Positions 61,884-64,000 of a stretch of DNA of 64,000 bases are shown one piece after another. Position numbers and translations under genes: made by a program. The DNA comes from Spirochaetes bacterium GWF1_51_8 (GTDB lineage: Bacteria; Spirochaetota; Brevinematia; Brevinematales; GWF1-51-8): assembly GCA_001829415.1 (NCBI GenBank), contig MIBE01000011.1, positions 24,760 to 88,759 on the forward strand, written 5' to 3'. The notes beneath the pieces are model-generated. The model saw only the letters and a program-made list of their open reading frames with translations, was not told the origin of the DNA and searched no databases. Each line of letters starts with the position of its first letter. Position 1 is the stretch's first letter.

Positions 61884-63974
61884 TTACCAGTGGTACACGT
61901 ACGCCGAACCGGAACTGTTTCCCTGATCGTCGTCGTAACAGGCTCCGATCACTGTAGTATTGCCGTCGGCGGAAATCGCGACACTATTACCGAAATTATC
62001 GTTAGCCGCGCCGTCATAGGCGACGAGTTTATTGGTCGACCATGTTCCGCTGTACTTGAACAAATAAGCTGATCCGGAAGAATCACCCTTGTCATCATCG
62101 TCCTTGGATCCGACAACGACGGTATTGCCGTCGGCGGAAATCGCGACACTATTGCCGAAACTATCGTTTACCGCACCGTCATAGGCGACAAGTTTATTAG
62201 TCGACCATATTCCGCTGTACTTGAATACATAGGCCGCTCCCGAACCGCTGCCTTTCTCGTCATCCCCGGAAGCGCCGATTACTATAGTGTTCCCGTTTGA
62301 GGAAACCGCGACGCAGGAACCGAAAGATTTGAATTCTACTGCGTCGCTGGGCATAAGTTTATTGGTCGACCATGTTCCGCTATACTTGAATACGTAAGCC
62401 GATCCCGCGAAATCACCCATCGTATTATCACCGTCCGCTCCGGCAATAATGGTATTGCCGTCTGCGGAAACAGCGACACATGTACCGAAAAAATGATTTG
62501 CGGCGCCGTCATATGCGACGAATTTATTGGTCGACCATGTTCCGCTGTACTTGAACAGATAGGCTGATCCGGAATCAGCGCCTTTGTCGTCATCCCCGAA
62601 AGCACCGACAACGACGGTACTACCGTCGGCGGAAACCGCGACACTTTTTCCGAAACAATCGTTATTCGTGCCGTCGAACGCGGTGAGTTTAGTGCCCGAC
62701 CATGTGCCGCTATACTTGAATACGTAAGCCGCACCCGTCAAATCGCCGTGGTCGTTATCGCAGTATGCGCCGATCACAACGGTATTGCCGTCGGGGGTGA
62801 TCGCAACACTGCTTCCGAACTCGTCTCCCGGCGCGCCGTCGAACGCGACGAGTTTGTTGGTCGACCAGGTCCCGCCGCTGAATTTAAAAATGTATACCGA
62901 TCCTGTGGAGGAGTTGTCCTTATGCGCTCCCACCGCAATAGTAGAGCCGTCGGCGGAAACCGCGACACAGTAAGCGAACTCGTCCCCCGAGGCTCCGTCA
63001 TGTGTGACGAGCTTATCCGGGTTGATAGTAAATATCACTTTATTGGTCGTCGATATATTTCCGGCGATATCTAAGGCGTAGGAGTAATTTGTGTATTTCC
63101 CGGTGTACGGGACAGTAAATTCCTTTTGCCAGCTTCCCTGGGTATTGGTGGCGGTTTCGTATACTAATCCATCATCGCTGATATAAACCGCCGAAATGCT
63201 GGACAGCGAATCGTAAGCCGATACCGAAGACGTGTATATCCTCCCCGATATTGCTTGTCCGCCTGCCGGGTATATAAACGTGACTATCGGTTTTATTGTA
63301 TCGCGAATCAATGCCCATTTGGCTGAATCCCCGAATGTTCCGTTATTCGCATTGGCGCGAACAATAAAATAATTCGTACCACTATATAAAGATATAGTGT
63401 TCGACCATGTATCCGTCCCGGTGATAGTCGTCCAGTTCCCGCCGTTGACCTGCATCTGTATAAAAGTAATGGTGTAAGGGGGGTCGATACTCGCGGTACC
63501 GCAGAGGGTAAACTGATTCGATACCGTAGCGGAATAATTTATAGCGGGGGTGGTAAAAACCACAGTCGGTACCTTCGATGTTTCAATAATGATGGTCAGG
63601 ACATCGCTTTTATTTGCCTTATTATCCTCTGCATATACATAGTTAGTATGTATGCCGTAGCTGGAATAATTGAGCGGAATACTCCAAAGATTATTGATGA
63701 CCGTGACCGCTACGTAGGAATTGTTATCTGTCCTGGCATAGACCGCTTTGACCCCGGAACCCTGGTCGACCGCCGTACCGTACATGGTATTGGATAGTCC
63801 GATCGTCTGCCCGTCTACGGGATAGGTCACGGTGATTACGGGTGCATCCGTATCGATACTGTCCCTCACGATAAGTGATAATATATCTTTCGGCTGATAA
63901 AGCTCATCGAAAAAATCGCATCCTGTAAAAAGAATCAACATAGATAGGATTAACCCAGCGAATACCTTATTCAT
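61884..63974 (-). CDS. surface lipoprotein with N-terminal Ig-like modules and a seven-repeat FG-GAP-like beta-propeller
   Basis: Lipobox LFTGCDF. Ig-like modules resemble those of the amylase (..APVITVTYPVDGQ..SGVKAVY..). Seven ~55-aa repeats (..FG.SVA.SADGNT.V.GA..DD..G...GSAY.FKYSGTWSTNKL). Confidence 0.8.
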   Translation of the reverse strand: MNKVFAGLILSMLILFTGCDFFDELYQPKDILSLIVRDSIDTDAPVITVTYPVDGQTIGLSNTMYGTAVDQGSGVKAVYARTDNNSYVAVTVINNLWSIPLNYSSYGIHTNYVYAEDNKANKSDVLTIIIETSKVPTVVFTTPAINYSATVSNQFTLCGTASIDPPYTITFIQMQVNGGNWTTITGTDTWSNTISLYSGTNYFIVRANANNGTFGDSAKWALIRDTIKPIVTFIYPAGGQAISGRIYTSSVSAYDSLSSISAVYISDDGLVYETATNTQGSWQKEFTVPYTGKYTNYSYALDIAGNISTTNKVIFTINPDKLVTHDGASGDEFAYCVAVSADGSTIAVGAHKDNSSTGSVYIFKFSGGTWSTNKLVAFDGAPGDEFGSSVAITPDGNTVVIGAYCDNDHGDLTGAAYVFKYSGTWSGTKLTAFDGTNNDCFGKSVAVSADGSTVVVGAFGDDDKGADSGSAYLFKYSGTWSTNKFVAYDGAANHFFGTCVAVSADGNTIIAGADGDNTMGDFAGSAYVFKYSGTWSTNKLMPSDAVEFKSFGSCVAVSSNGNTIVIGASGDDEKGSGSGAAYVFKYSGIWSTNKLVAYDGAVNDSFGNSVAISADGNTVVVGSKDDDDKGDSSGSAYLFKYSGTWSTNKLVAYDGAANDNFGNSVAISADGNTTVIGACYDDDQGNSSGSAYVYHW

Positions 63975-64000
63975 GCTTTCCCCGTTTATTACAAAAATTT

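Noticed and set aside
1-64000. Search by eye for tRNA T-loop/acceptor patterns, rRNA, CRISPR-type direct repeats, transposase/integrase genes and phage genes
   Set aside because: None was found. The only repeats are the coding repeats in 61884-63000, the paralog arrays and the two-copy intergenic element. A tRNAscan/Infernal/CRISPR-finder run would be needed to make this negative result definitive.

Overview
Gene-dense chromosomal segment on both strands, mostly mid/high G+C with several small low-G+C islets. The organism cannot be named from sequence alone. The loose lipoboxes (e.g. FVSCGGG, LLAVSCG, LFTGCDF) and the many MCP and HD-GYP genes suggest a free-living spirochaete-like bacterium. 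I found no rRNA, tRNA, CRISPR array, transposase, integrase or phage structural gene.

Supported content:
- Housekeeping genes: hisB-hisH-hisA, glgC, hemW, purE, serS, hppA and rsfS.
- Signalling genes: five HD-GYP proteins (one cut by the window edge), two chemoreceptors, two histidine kinases, one sigma-54 (NtrC-type) response regulator, a STAS protein, and two tandem REC+DHp proteins that lack an ATPase domain.
- Alpha-glucan genes: a 1337-aa secreted multidomain GH13 amylase, a CBM48 lipoprotein with a neopullulanase-like GH13, and a GalT/HIT-like enzyme.
- Low-G+C single- or two-gene islets: ParE/Phd, a nucleotidyltransferase with a small partner ORF, a protein carrying an RNxxxH motif, and an orphan lipoprotein.

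Most second-look-worthy items, all of unknown function and all inferred from sequence only:
1. A pore-less voltage-sensor-like membrane protein fused to a HAMP domain, overlapping an unknown ORF and hemW (18364-21355).
2. A 1283-aa membrane-anchored coiled-coil protein ending in an HTH, divergent from a pair of paralogous membrane proteins (33612-39201).
3. The tandem REC+DHp paralogs, which share a 70-nt stretch of near-identical DNA (31013-32379).
4. Four tandem secreted SH3b-like paralogs (10729-13955).
5. A translationally coupled SPFH / NAD-kinase-fold pair (14133-16066).
6. A two-copy structured intergenic repeat with a covarying hairpin (56458-56675 and 61805-61874).

Many long antisense ORFs in the track are shadow ORFs and were rejected.
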